From: Macrostomum lignano
Taxonomy: Eukaryota
Length of the DNA stretch: 30,088 nucleotides
NCBI GenBank assembly: GCA_002269645.1
Contig: NIVC01002266.1
Coordinates: forward strand, 1 to 30,088
Reading direction: 5' to 3'
The notes beneath the pieces are model-generated. The model was not told the origin of the DNA and did not search any database. It saw only the letters and a program-made list of their open reading frames with translations. Of this stretch, positions 10,770-22,842 are shown in pieces. Within the stretch, counting starts at the first letter, position 1. The number at the start of each line of letters is the position of its first letter. The translations under genes were made by a program, and so were the position numbers.

Positions 10770-10875
10770 GCCCGTACAACACTCTGTTTAGCGAAGCGTT
10801 GCGTTCTGTTCGAAGTATCAGCGGTCTATCTCTTGAACGGCTTAAATTTAATGCTTTTGTTATGGCCTGCCTAAA
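10770..10875 (+). CDS. RUSC: RUN domain exon 2 (GPYNTLFSEALRSVRSISGLSLERLKFNAFVMACLN)
   Basis: Not in the ORF track. Acceptor ttttctag| at 10769, donor |GTGAGT at 10876; the 106 nt bridge phase 1 to phase 2 exactly. KFNAFVMACLN matches the RUN core motif (RF.AFI..LLN). Confidence 0.9.
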
Positions 10876-10934
10876 GTGAGTTAGATCACCTCCAAGCTAT
10901 CAAGTTTCTCTAACTTTAAATCTTTAACCACCCT

Positions 10935-11395
10935 TTTCCCAGGTAATAAAACTTCTCTAGCCCCCTAAATTTACATCAACTCGTTTCTACAAGTAATAAA
11001 ATTTCTCTGCCCCTAAATATACACCACCTTTTTCCCCAGGCAATAAAACTTTTGTCGCCCCAAAATGTACATCACCCCTTTCCCCAGCAATAAAACTTCT
11101 CTAGCCCCTAAATGTACACCACCCCTTTCCCCAGGCAATAAAACTTTTGTCGCCCCAAAATGTACATCACCCCTTTCCCCTAGCGATAAAACTTCTCTAG
11201 CCCCTAAATGTACACCACCCCTTTCCCCAGGCATAAACTTCTCTAGCCCCTAAATGTACACCACCCCTTTCCCCAGGCAATAAACTTCTCTAGCCCCTAA
11301 ATGTACACCACCCCTTTCCCCAGGCGATAAAACTTCTCTAAGTCCTTAAGTGTACATCACCTCGTTTCTACAAGCAATAAAATTTCTCTGCCCCT
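10935..11395. repeat. ~48-bp intronic minisatellite (AATAAAACTTCTCTAGCCCCTAAATGTACACCACCCCTTTCCCCAGGC, two alternating variants)
   Basis: Unit read directly; lies inside the intron 10876-11416 and ends ~20 nt before the acceptor. Confidence 0.9.
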
Positions 11396-11416
11396 TACTG
11401 TACCTTTCGCCCGCAG

Positions 11417-12131
11417 CACTCGCATCCTACTAAGCTGGCTAGTTGAACTAGCTCGCAACGAGGCCCTATTAAAGCGTTACTACCGACAGACAGCCTTCAT
11501 ACGAGGCTGTCACAATCGCTATTGCGAACTTTTTGCTGATTTGACCACCGCTCTGGAGCTTCTATTGTCGCACGCTTTCGCCTTCGATTTAACATGCCCG
11601 GGCGGCGGCGAGACTGCGACTGGTATCACTACTACTAGTACTACGAATACTACTGTTAGTAGCGCCAATGCACCAAATGTTTCACTCACTAGGCAGCGCT
11701 CGTCCGAACTGCCACCGCAGCCACCGCCGCCTCCGCTGCCAGTTCGTCGTCAACAAATGATATCAGCTGATAGGCAGGCGGCCTGTTCTCAGCAGGCGTT
11801 AAAAGTCACGCGCGTGGCTGGACTCAGGCCGCCGCCGCCGCCACCGCCGCACATGACTGGTGCAACTGCTGCCACTACTACCACTGCTACCACTACTGTT
11901 ACATCGCCTAACGCCCTGGTTACACCGCCAAGCAGAGTGATTCCAACTAAACCGGCTAGGCCGCGAGGAATTCGGTCGACTCTGTCCGGTTTGATGCGTC
12001 GCAATGGTGGCGGCGCTGGCGCAGCCTCTGGCAGCGGTGCTACACCAGCAGCAGGCGTCAATGCTAGCCAGAGGGTACCTAAGCAAACTACCGCCGCCAG
12101 AAGCAGCGGCACAAGTCGTAAAGCGACCTAG
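11417..12131 (+). CDS. RUSC: RUN domain exon 3 plus Pro/Thr-rich tail; probable terminal exon
   Basis: Acceptor cccgcag|C (phase 2). TRILLSWLVELARNEALLKRYYRQTAFI...LELLLSHAFAFDL matches the RUN C-part. TAG at 12129-12131; AATAAA at 12173-12178. Confidence 0.85.
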
Positions 12132-12570
12132 CTATGAATTGCTAATAATGGTATTGTCAAAGTTTTATATCGAATAAAATGGTCTTCCCACTGATTGATG
12201 TTCAAGAGAAATGGGGTATTTAGTTTCATTGCGTTTCCTATAATAATTTTATTAGTAGAGTTTGAATATTTACAGTCTATATTGTTCTGTCTTAGCCCAG
12301 TCAAACACGCGCATAGCCAGCCATAGGGTGTACAGTGGCCTTTTGAATTTCTAATCTTCAAGCAATGTAACCTCGCAGTTACTAAAGTAACTAGTTATGT
12401 CTCTCGCAATTGAAGTTTTGAAAAAAAGTAGAGCGTCTACTCTTTCCTCAGTAGTCTGTATAGTGGCACTTGATTTTTTTGTGGCAGCTAAAATTTCCTG
12501 TATATTTTCGAAGGTTTGCAGCTTCTGTGGAATTGTGCCTGTTTAATTCAATGTACGCAATTGAACGTAA

Positions 12571-12815
12571 GACAGACGAAACTCAGCTCAGCCAATGGTA
12601 GAGCAGTGAGGAGAGAGGGCAGTGCCCCAGACGGACGAGAGCTTACGGGCTGGCCCAATGAGAGGGCAGTTAGACGGACGAAACTCAGCCTCAGCCAATG
12701 AGAGGGCAGTTAGCCGGACGAAACTCAGCCTCAGCCAATGAGAGGGCAGTTAAACGGACGAACTCAGCCTAGGGGCTGGCCCAATTTATCTCAGCCAATG
12801 AGAGAGCAGTAAGGA
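12571..12815. repeat. Degenerate ~40-bp tandem repeat (GACGAAACTCAGCCTCAGCCAATGAGAGGGCAGTTAGACG) rich in CCAAT boxes
   Basis: Three near-perfect units at ~12655-12770 with degenerate flanking units. Confidence 0.8.
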
Positions 12816-14844
12816 GAGAGATCAAAGACACAAGCGGGCAAGAGGAAAGCCAAACTGTTTATCAGCCTGTCTGGGGTTGGGGCGCCATCCCACTAGTTTT
12901 GGGTGCATCCCTCGAACAGGCTGAAGACTAAAAGGATACGAGCTCGTAAGCGCACTTTTTGCGAGGAGTATATCAAGTTATTCTAGTATCTGTGGTGTAA
13001 ACCTTGCACGACAAATGATCAGTAGTACATCAGTTGTAGTTTTGCTACTTGATTATCATGGAGCATCTCATATGCAAAAATTTTTTATATCAGTTGGCAA
13101 TCAGTTTTCCTTTTTTGTCTGTCTCTACTGCTATAAATTGTATGACGAACTGTTATGAAGCGCTATTATACACACCGCTAGTCTAATTTGTATTTTGGCT
13201 ATTAATCTAATCCTATCTATTAATTCGCAATTACTGTGTGTATTATGGATCATTTTTTCGTTTTATATTATATTCTCGTATTAAAATCTTATCAAATCAT
13301 AAAAATATTAAATTATGATTAAAATTTTCTCGTCAAACCTGTCTTTCCTCTGTCAGTTGGTTTTATTAACGAATTTAGATTTAATGTCTGTCGTTTTTAG
13401 TTCAATAAATTAGGATCATATGTCTTATTGACCAGATCAAGTATTTATGTATAATGTACTAATAAACTACTGTTAGTATGCGCCTCATAATTGATACGAT
13501 TACGACTCCTTGTGTGAAATGAATTTCGATTTCTAATCTTCATTTACTTTGCCTGCAATCTGTTTGGTCTTGGTGGAATTTCTAGTGGCGTGTCCTGTTG
13601 TCGCGTATTTTCTTTTTCTTAATACATTGCCCTTTGTTGCTTACTTCGCTTTAAACAAAGACCTATTGAAGGTTTCAGTGAAGCAATGCTATATCGTTAG
13701 TTACTTTTTACCAACAATATTGAGTATTGTCGCTTCCATAATATAGCTATGCAAGTCGCTGAGCTTTCATAGAATTCAGACCCGGATTTAAATCTAATCT
13801 CCATTAAACTTCCTTGATTGTCATGTCGCTTATTTTTGTCTTTCCGATCAAAATTATCTTTATTAATAACTTTAGGCATTACCTGTTCACTGTTTGCTTA
13901 CTTTTCATTTGCCTGCTTACTAAGTCACTGATTTGTTTTATTATGAGTTCATATTGTAGTTGAGCATGTCCGCATCTCTATCTTCTTCTAGTCAAACGCT
14001 TGCTGCTGCGCACTTGTGTTTACTTTTGTTAATATAAATTTATTGCGCTGATTTCTTTTTCTGTACCATCGGTGACTCGTCAGTAGTAAGTATTTTTATT
14101 TTATATTGTTAAATTCGGATTTAAATACTGAAATTGAGTAAGTAGTGTGTTATTGCTCATTTATCTTGAAGTTTTCTGACAAAATTCATCATTTTACAAA
14201 TAAAAATACTCTTGTCGATTTCATATATATACTACTGATATAGTTGAGAACTTATTAGTAGTATCAAAATTTTCGCCATTTGCTGTGGCATCGTGTCTGC
14301 CATTCGTGAGTGACTGTTGCTTCCTTTTGTGCTTTTTATATATTCGCACAGAGCACGCGGTTTTGATGAACTCATTCAGTATTATTATCATCAATATTAT
14401 TAATAGTAATGTTATTATATACCCTCGCTTTGTGATAAAGCTGGCATGTAGTTGTGTCGTCTGCTTATTCGCTGCTGCGCAACTATGATATAAATAAATT
14501 GAACTATAGTATTTTTGTTCTGGAATAATTAATATCATAATAATGTTGATATTCGCTTTTACATGTACGAGTTGTTCAGTCTTTCGATTTGTTTACTATA
14601 ATTTTTGTTTAGTAGCACTGTAGAATATTCCACCAGCCTCAATTGAGTAAAAGAGGATGTGTGGAGACCGAATATGCGACAAAAAGTGTACAAATGCTTT
14701 TATAATCCTACTCACAAGTAGTAGTGAACCACTAGTAGAAGTATAAATACAATAGATCAGCTAAAAATCCATCCATCATGTTATCATAGGCATCTTTTTT
14801 AGACTACAGGCAAGGATTGTGTGCACTCTGGCGCACTTTAAGTG

Positions 14845-15070
14845 ACATTGTCACACAACCGGCGAGAGGCATTACTGCCCATTCCGCCGACCCCCCTGAA
14901 CAGGCACACAAGCGCGCGGATACTGTACGTACGCAATCATACGCACTGGCGCACACACACAGTAGTGTACAGCGGCCCTAACTTTATTTATCGTTAGGCA
15001 TGTACACTTCACTGTGCCGTGGGGGTTGGCCCTCAAGGGCGTTAATTGCACGTACAATTGCACCTCAGGC
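14845..15070 (-). repeat. Dispersed repeat copy A (diverged homologue of 18140-18390, inverted)
   Basis: By-eye alignment of shared blocks: cct(g/c)aggt, gtgtaca..ct(a/g)acgat..aaa.t(t/c)agggcc(c)gctgtaca, caggggtc(g/a)gcggaatgggca, gcctc(a)tcgc(c/t)gg. Confidence 0.7.
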
Positions 15071-16594
15071 TAAGATTCCAATTTATAGCCCCAAAATAAA
15101 TGCACTTGAAATCGAGCCTGTGCCGCTGGCACACCAGAGCGCCGCGCTAGACCACTAGGCATGTCAAAGGTCAGGAGCGCAAAAAATAGGATGATAGAAA
15201 TCTCAGACTCGGAGCAGTCCCAAATTAGTCTGGAGAAGTCTAAAAATAGACTAATAGGTCTCGAGGGAAATACCGGTGCTTATTTAAGGCAACTCGGGAG
15301 AATTTAAGATGGCTATATTCTCCAAGAATACCAAAATGGCCTAGCCTTGTTCATTTGAGCAAAATGAGTTCTGTGTTGCATTATCGCTCAGGGATGGACG
15401 ACTATTCGTATTAAAATCTGCTACTAATAACCTAACTAAAGATGACTACTACTAGCATTCAACCTACTATTGAAGCTATTGAAGCTTTTGTTAAGGTAAT
15501 GTTAAGACTAGATCACTGGACAATAGACACGGACCTGCGTTAGGTTAGCTAACCAAGTAACCTTGGCTAACCTAACTGCGTTGCATTAAGTTAGAGTTCA
15601 CGAAAGTGGATTTCTTTCTTCAATTTTTCAACTGTCTCCCATTTGTGTGCTAATAGGTACTGTTCAGGCTGAGGAACTGAGGAAGGGTGCACACAGCCCC
15701 TGCCTCTAATTACTCTAAAAAGCACTTTGAAATCGTCTCGCAGCAAAGCACAAAATGCTATTGGAAGTACATGAGCTGAGAGTAGCAGCGGAGATTTTAT
15801 ACCTAGGTTTAAAATGCAGGTGTAAAATCAGGTTTCATTTCGTGTGCATTAGCTATACTGTAGATGGATATTGCTAGGCTGTAGAAAAAAGGAGCCTAAT
15901 TGATAGGCTTTATCAAAGCAGATTTTTAAATCCTGTCTTCTCTGATAGAAGTGGATATGCAGGCTTTTTGCCTGCTAGAGTAATGCTCTTTTGTTGAAAA
16001 AAGGAATCATGTAAACCAACTGCAAGCCTCATTCATAAAACAGTTGGTGGTTCTTATACAGGAGATAGAAAGGCCTATGGATGAATGAGTATGGATGTGG
16101 ATAGATAGATGGATAAGATATTTTAGGCTCGTGAAGCTTGGTTGTGCAGAGTCTTCTATACCTCAGAAATATTGGGCTATATATTTTTCTGTGTAAGCTA
16201 CAAATACATGAATTTGAACTCCCAGCTTCTAAAAGACTGCTTGTGCTCTTTGTTATTCAAGACTGCTCAGAATTTTTTTGTTTTTTTTTGTTCAGCAGAG
16301 TCTCAGCTTAAACTCAAAATTCCATATGCTTTTTTATAATTTGCTTGCCGCTAAAATTAAGCGAAAAAATCCTGCAGATGTATTTGACCTTCAGGCAGAC
16401 AGATGTAGCTCGGTAAAGTACATTTAGCATTGCCACTGGAATTTAAATTCCGCACTTGTTCATTCTAATTAAAGGAGCCACATGGTCAGCTGTAATTTCT
16501 TTCTAATCACATCCGTATCCTTCAAAACCACCTGTAGTGGATGCATTTCAAGTCGCCAGTGGACCAGCTATTTAATTCCCGTATGTTCTCCTCA

Positions 16595-16836
16595 TTAAAG
16601 ACGGACGTAAAACGGTCCAAAAATAGAATTTGTGATCGCCATTGGCACGGCAGCAAAGCTGAACAGGTGGCACAGGCTCTGTTGCTGTGTATAGATGAAG
16701 GCCTGGCAGCTGGAGTTGCATTTAAGTGCGCAGTTCAGTTCGTCTCCGGCACTGGCGGTCCAGTAAGTCGGATTTGAGTAGCTCGATGTCGTCTGCAGGA
16801 ACTGTCTCGGCGACTCACGGAATCGGTGGCAGAGGC
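16595..16836 (-). CDS. Exon 2 of secreted WSC+PAN protein: PAN/apple-like module (ELNCALKCNSSCQAFIYTQQQSLCHLF...FGPFYVRL*)
   Basis: Acceptor ttcacttctcag|GC (phase 1); CxxxC..C.AF.Y....C.L pattern of PAN domains; TAA at 16597-16595. The supplied ORF track reads the wrong frame here. Confidence 0.8.
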
Positions 16837-16916
16837 CTGAGAAGTGAACGAAATAAATAATGTGACGAAATTGTAGCTCTTTCTTTGGATATTTAGGCGA
16901 ACGTATTTATAATTAC

Positions 16917-17337
16917 CTGTACGAGCATAAGTCAGTGAGTACACAGAGTTTTTGCTGAAACCGCCACATATTTGAGACGAGTTTCCGGAGCATTTGCTTT
17001 TGCACTCAGACGCGGTGCCATGGCGTCCGTAGCTGGTGCCGCAGTAGCAGCCAACGCCACTCTGTAGTCCGCAGTACGGGAATCCGCCCAGCGAGCAGAT
17101 TCTGCTGCACAGCTCGATTGTCATTCCCGAGCTGCCTGGCACGGCGTATCCATAGCTAGACTGCACTTTGAAAATTCCAAGTTGGCTGATGCCAACCAGG
17201 GAGTTGAGATCGCGACTCGCTGAGCTGTCAAAATAGCAGCCAAGATAGGCTAAGCTGGCGATTCTTGCATTGACAGATGACATCAGAAGCAAGATTGACA
17301 GGACCAGGAAACTGTTCTTGCTCTGATTGACAGTCAT
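16917..17337 (-). CDS. Exon 1 of secreted WSC-domain protein (signal peptide + WSC)
   Basis: ATG 17337; hydrophobic N-terminus FLVLSILLLMSSVNA; YLGCYFD...MTIELCSRIC...YCGLQSGVGCYCG...CKSKCSGNSSQICGG..NSVY is a canonical WSC pattern. Donor G|GTAATT at 16916; 80-nt intron; spliced protein 220 aa. Confidence 0.92.
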
Positions 17338-18139
17338 GGCTCGCCAGAAAAGTGCAGATTAGTTTGCTGGTATAGTTTGATAAGAGAGCGTTTGATTTTT
17401 GGCACGAACTGAACTTGAAGATCAATTGTATACTTCACTGAGAGACTTTCTCGGGTCTTCCCAATCTTCCGGATGTATGAAGTATCTATCGCCCGTACTG
17501 CCTAGGACTCGTAGTGAGGTGTGACAATAGAATTAATTGCCTTGTTTTTTAGTTTTGTGCTCTAGCTTTTAGTATATTCATGCCTGGTTGGCATGCTGAA
17601 TAAGGGAATTCGACAGATCCGGTCTTCTGAAGCACAGAAGCCAGTTTTGGGGGCCTTGTGATACCTAACTGAAAGCAGATTCCACAGCCCCGTTTCGATC
17701 GCTGATTGGCCTCATCTTCCTATGCGTGTCGCAGCTGTCACTAACCCTAACAGCCAATAATTTTTTTAAATCTCGCCATGGTAACTTGTATTGAAGTACA
17801 GTCATGATTACAAGGCTTGCTGGGCTTTAGGCTTCTAACTCTTGTAGCTTAAACTCGAGCTGGCTAACTTCTGTTCCTTGCTAAAAAAACTACTGGTTTG
17901 GCATAATGTTATGCGATAACTAGTTTTAACAGTACCCTGCGAGCACTCGTTGCAGAGGCTGAAAAACTTGACTGAAAGTCCAAAATTTGTCAAAAAGTCT
18001 CTACACTGAAAATCTTACGAGTGTGCTTAAGCTTTGAGAAGTGAGTGTCCTGAAACAGGGCATCACCAGTTTTTGATTTACGGTAATGGAATAAGTCTGG
18101 GAGTGTTAAGTGGTAACTCACCCACTCATACGCCAAATT

Positions 18140-18390
18140 CCTCAGGTTCCATTCCCCACGTCCAACTGTTGATCGAAAGTCCCAGGTTTAATTCCCCACT
18201 CGGCCACATTAATTTCGGAATCGTTCATGACAATCGTGCGATTCACGCAGAAAGGTGTACACTGACTGACGATGAGAAAATCAGGGCCCGCTGTACATTC
18301 CTGTGAGGGCGTGCGCATCTTTATGCGTCTGTGTTCTCAGGGGTCAGCGGAATGGGCATGACCTCCTGCCTCATCGCTGGCTGCGGGTCG
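18140..18390 (+). repeat. Dispersed repeat copy B (diverged homologue of 14845-15070)
   Basis: Same shared blocks as copy A, with an extra ~50-nt segment near its 5' end. Confidence 0.7.
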
Positions 18391-20597
18391 GCTGTCCAAA
18401 CCCCCCCCCCCAATTTGCTGTCGGTGCATATTTTCTGAAAGCATGCGAAACAGATTGTCATCACTGATTTGGCTGGTCAGTGTCTTTCGAAGGCTATATA
18501 ATGTGCCAAGCCTTGACTTGACTCAGCTGCAGGGGCATCTGGGCACCCGGATACATCGGAGGCGTTGACGCCTATTCCGTTAACCCCTAGCGACCACGGG
18601 TAGCTGGTGCTGCGGTGTCGCGCAAGGAGATCCGGTGGTTCCGGTGTCTCCCGGAGAGTCCAGGAGGTGGATGGTCGCTCACCCGGTAGCCCTTAGGTAG
18701 CGGACGAGCTGGCAGAGATTCTCTAAATGAAAAATTTAGAGGTCCGTTTTTGGGCCGAGGTAGGTGAGCCTGTCCTGAGTAAAGACGGGAATTCACAGAT
18801 GAAGTGCTCCGGATACTCCACACTGGAGAGGCAGAATGGGCATTTTTTACTGCGGATCTTTCCCTGGAGTTAGCGATGCATGTCAAAACAGCCATGACTC
18901 GAGATGACCATGGTTGCCGTCCTGATGTCCCCCTGTGTAGGGCGAGGGAAGGTACGAAGCCACTATGCGTCATTACGCAGCCTATTCTTAGTGTGATCGC
19001 CCAAAATTGTCCCGATAATGTGATGGCAGTTGTTTAAACGTTTATTTTACGATTCAGTTCGTCCGGGGTTTGCTACAGGCTTTTCGAAGGACACCGTAAA
19101 ATGAACCGAACCGAAAAGCAAAGTGCAAACTGGCTTATGAATGCTTCATCCTGTCGGGGTCTGGGAGGTGTGCATTTATACGATAGCAGCTTAGGCACAT
19201 CAGATGATGTCTGAAAATTTTATTCTACGATTCCATTTGCACATGCTAATTCTCAGGTATTAGCCTGTGAATCTACCATGCTAATGAGTCAACATACACT
19301 CGTAGGCAGGTGCATGATGGTACGTTTTTCGGCAATTATTATTGACAATTAGCAGCATCTGACTAAACCGTTGTATACATACTTTTACTCAGAAGCAATA
19401 GCAATTTTAGCCATTATTTTTAGTATATAGGATTCCACAGTTGCTCCTCATCTACGCATTTCATGGCATGACTGCTTTCCCCACCTTTATGTCTGTTTAC
19501 CTTTCTTGTATCTGTGCATTAGCGTGAAAAAGGTGTGGAATAATGACATCTGTGCTGGGCTATATAATGCATTTTAATTCGTAGCTTTTTTAAACAATAG
19601 TCAGACACACGCGTACTTAACAGTCTACCTGTACTATTGTCACTATAATAATAGAAATGTTACATTTTTATTCCAGTGTCTATAGTCGTCTATCTTTTCA
19701 CCACGAAGTTTGCTGGCAGAGAGAGAGACAAATGCCCATTTGAATGTACACACATACATGTAGTACTTTTGTGTACAAACGTATGCAACATGTAGCATTA
19801 ATGTAAACTGCACTTGTCAATCCAGTTTTGCACAAAGAAGTTCGTACTTTTGCAGCCTACCTAGAAGCAGAAATATGAAAGCGGAAAGCTAGAACAAATA
19901 TGAGTGCCTGACAGCGGAACTGAATTTGAGTTTTTTGCTGACAAATTTGGTTGTCTGCTTTGGTTTGGTGATGCACTGCAACTAAGGGCGTTGCCTCTCC
20001 ATCATTTCCTTTCAGGGGCTTTTTTAGAGGCGCCAACCACCAGCGGCTTTAGCACCAGCGGCTTTAGCACCAGGGGCTTTAGACTGAACTAAACGAAAAT
20101 TGAATGATTGTAGCGCTTCAAAGTGAAGATTTAGGATGCGAAATTCGCAGTCAAGCGCAGGCATTAAGAGTGATCATTTCTGTTACATTGCGGTGCGTTT
20201 AGAAAAAATTGTTTAATCCTGGTTGCTGCTCAGAGACGATATGTTCTGCTGATAATATATGCGAGTGCGTTTATATTTATATTTGAAAGAAAAATGTACA
20301 CAATGATTATTTAAGCAGAAACGGCTTAATACAATATTGATGGATGCTGAATAGTTACTAATGAAGAGTAGTAGTATAAGCATCTAAATTGCAATAAAAT
20401 CTAATGAGAATAATAAATATCGGGTTCAATAATTAATTAACATGCCTATCATAGCAAACACATGTTAATTTAGACATAGAAAGCAATTAAAGCGAAACTT
20501 TTAATATCAATTAGCAGTTTTACAGATAGGCAATGCACGCAATGCATGCACACTGACAAGATGCCAAGTTCAAAACTACGCTAGTATCAAAACAGCA

Positions 20598-20969
<372 letters not shown>

Positions 20970-21074
20970 CCTCAGCATAAAGTCACCCTCCCTTGCCTGG
21001 TCTTAGAAAAGTCCACGATAAAGTCCGTGAAGTCCTCAGTAAAGTCTCATGCGCAATAGAACTCTCATTCAGGC

Positions 21075-21494
21075 TCACAATGAAGCCAAAGCTTTCGGAT
21101 CCTCAACGAAAGCCTTGGCCATCTCGATCAGCTGACCCTCGAACAGGTCGATTAGGCGCTGGCGCTCTTCAGTAGCCAGCCGCTTAGCCAGCCGAGAGAG
21201 TTTCTTGGCTCCACTGACCCCGTTCTCGCATTGAATCTGCGGCTTGCCGAGAACCGGGTAGCTCACCAGCCCCGATTCGGCTGCAACCAGAGCCACTCGC
21301 TTCTCGGCAAAGTCGCCCTCCAGGCCCAGTCGCAGACAGACTCTCTCGCAAGTGACGGAAATTTTAGCGGGCGGCAACGCGACGCAGCCGGCGCAACAGC
21401 CGGCACCAATTTCGGAATCTGCGCCAAAACTGGCAGCCAAAGGGCCGGCGTTGAACTTGAAGCGGGCCTTGAAAGTGCTGCCGTCCACCGTTAC
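21075..21494 (-). CDS. Exon 2 (terminal) of a putative TULIP/group-7-allergen-like lipid-binding protein
   Basis: Acceptor ctccaactctgctcag|GTA (phase 0); open to the stop at 21075. Alternating beta-strand pattern followed by a long amphipathic C-terminal helix. The fold assignment is pattern-based inference. Confidence 0.7.
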   Translation of the reverse strand, partial: VTVDGSTFKARFKFNAGPLAASFGADSEIGAGCCAGCVALPPAKISVTCERVCLRLGLEGDFAEKRVALVAAESGLVSYPVLGKPQIQCENGVSGAKKLSRLAKRLATEERQRLIDLFEGQLIEMAKAFVEDPKALASL

Positions 21495-21662
21495 CTGAGC
21501 AGAGTTGGAGGTAGGATGGAATGGGGCACGAGTCCAATTATTGGATCATGGCTGCGTAGAAAAATAAAGGCCAAAAAGATGATTTAAAGAATTACGAATA
21601 AAGGGGGACTTTCAGAAGGCTTGACTAACAAGCGAACTGGCAACGGTTTAAGGGCTGGTTCT

Positions 21663-21992
21663 CTGGTGCTAAAGCCCCTGGTGCTAAAGCCCCTGGTGCT
21701 AAAGCCCCTGGTGCTAAAGCCCCTGGTGCTAAAGCCCCTGGTGCTAAAGCCCCTGGTGCTAAAGCCCCTGGTGCTAAAGCCCCTGGTGCTAAAGCCCCTG
21801 GTGCTAAAGCCCCTGGTGCTAAAGCCCCTGGTGCTAAAGCCCCTGGTGCTAAAGCCCCTGGTGCTAAAGCCCCTGGTGCTAAAGCCCCTGGTGCTAAAGC
21901 CCCTGGTGCTAAAGCCACTGGTGCTAAAGCCACTGGTGCTAAAGCCCCTGGTGCTAAAGCCCCTGGTGCTAAAGCCACTGGTGCTAAAGCCC
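21663..21992. repeat. 15-bp minisatellite (CTGGTGCTAAAGCCC) x22, intronic
   Basis: 330 bp read directly; source of the LVLKP/GFSTR/ALAPG pseudo-ORFs. Confidence 0.97.
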
Positions 21993-22145
21993 ATTATGCT
22001 GGCAGTATTAGCTGGCATGAACACATAACTACACAAAAATACTTACGTTCGATGCGCAAATTAGAAAATACTCGAAATCGAAGTATTCGAAATCAAATCG
22101 AACCTAGGACTATGCAACAGTTGATTGTAACAGAATCAAAAAAAC

Positions 22146-22842
22146 GGGGTGCTTTCACAAGGTCGAAATTTCACAACGTCGAAAAGTAAATTATTTCACA
22201 AGGTCGAAACTTCACAAGGTCGAAATTTCACAACATCGAAAACTTTAGCAAGAGACTTCATAAGGTCGAAATTTCATAAGGTCGAAATTTCACAAGGTCG
22301 AAAACTCAAATAGCAGCCACTTTCACAAGGTCGAAACTTCACAAGGTCGAAATTTCACAACATCGAAAAATCTAGCAAGAGATTTCATACTCGTAAGGTC
22401 GAAATTTCATAAGGTCGAAATTTCATAACATCGAAAACTCAAGTGCAGCCACTTTCACAAGGTCGAAACTTCATAAGCTCGAAATTTCACAAAGTCGAAA
22501 ATTTTATATATCAAGAACCATACAGTAGTTTTCTACATTGTGAAATTTCGACCTTATGAAATTTCGACCTTATGAAGTCTCTTGCTAAAGTTTTCGATGT
22601 TGTGAAATTTCGACCTTGTGAAATTTCTACCTTATGAAAGTGGCTGCTTTTCGAGTTTTCGATGTTGTGAAATTTCGACCTTGTGAATTTTCGACCTTAT
22701 GAAGTCCTTTGCTAAAGTTTTCGATGTTGTGAAATTTCGACCTTGTGAAGTTTCGACCTTGTGAAAGTGGCTGCTATTTGAGTTTTCGATGTTATGAAAT
22801 TTCGACGTTGTGAAATTTCGAGTTTGTGAAACCCCCCCCCCC
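22146..22842. mobile_element. Foldback-type non-autonomous DNA transposon, copy 2 (related subfamily)
   Basis: Left arm of TTCACAAGGTCGAAA(T/C) units ~22146-22500; inverted right arm ~22540-22842. Termini GGGGTGCTTTCAC / GTGAAAC(n). Flanking 7-bp direct repeat aaaaaac (22139-22145; 22843-22849). Confidence 0.85.

Noticed and set aside
12655-12770. Hammerhead-like GGACGAAAC preceded by CCAATGAG in a tandem repeat
   Set aside because: The catalytic core needs CUGANGA; CCAAUGA has two core mismatches and no stem II pairing is evident.
18266-18280. Minimal hammerhead CTGACGA-TGA-GAAA
   Set aside because: No room for stem II, no stems I/III found, and the homologous copy A does not keep the core.
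18330-18450. Complete HDV-like ribozyme
   Set aside because: Only the P3/L3-like element matches; P1, P1.1, P2 and a J4/2 CGAA could not be placed, so it is not called as a feature.
18450-19050. Possible LTR or retroelement with TATA (~18495), TGACTCA (~18520) and short ORFs 18587-18973 / 18804-19037
   Set aside because: No paired LTR, PBS, PPT or recognisable gag/pol motif could be identified by eye.
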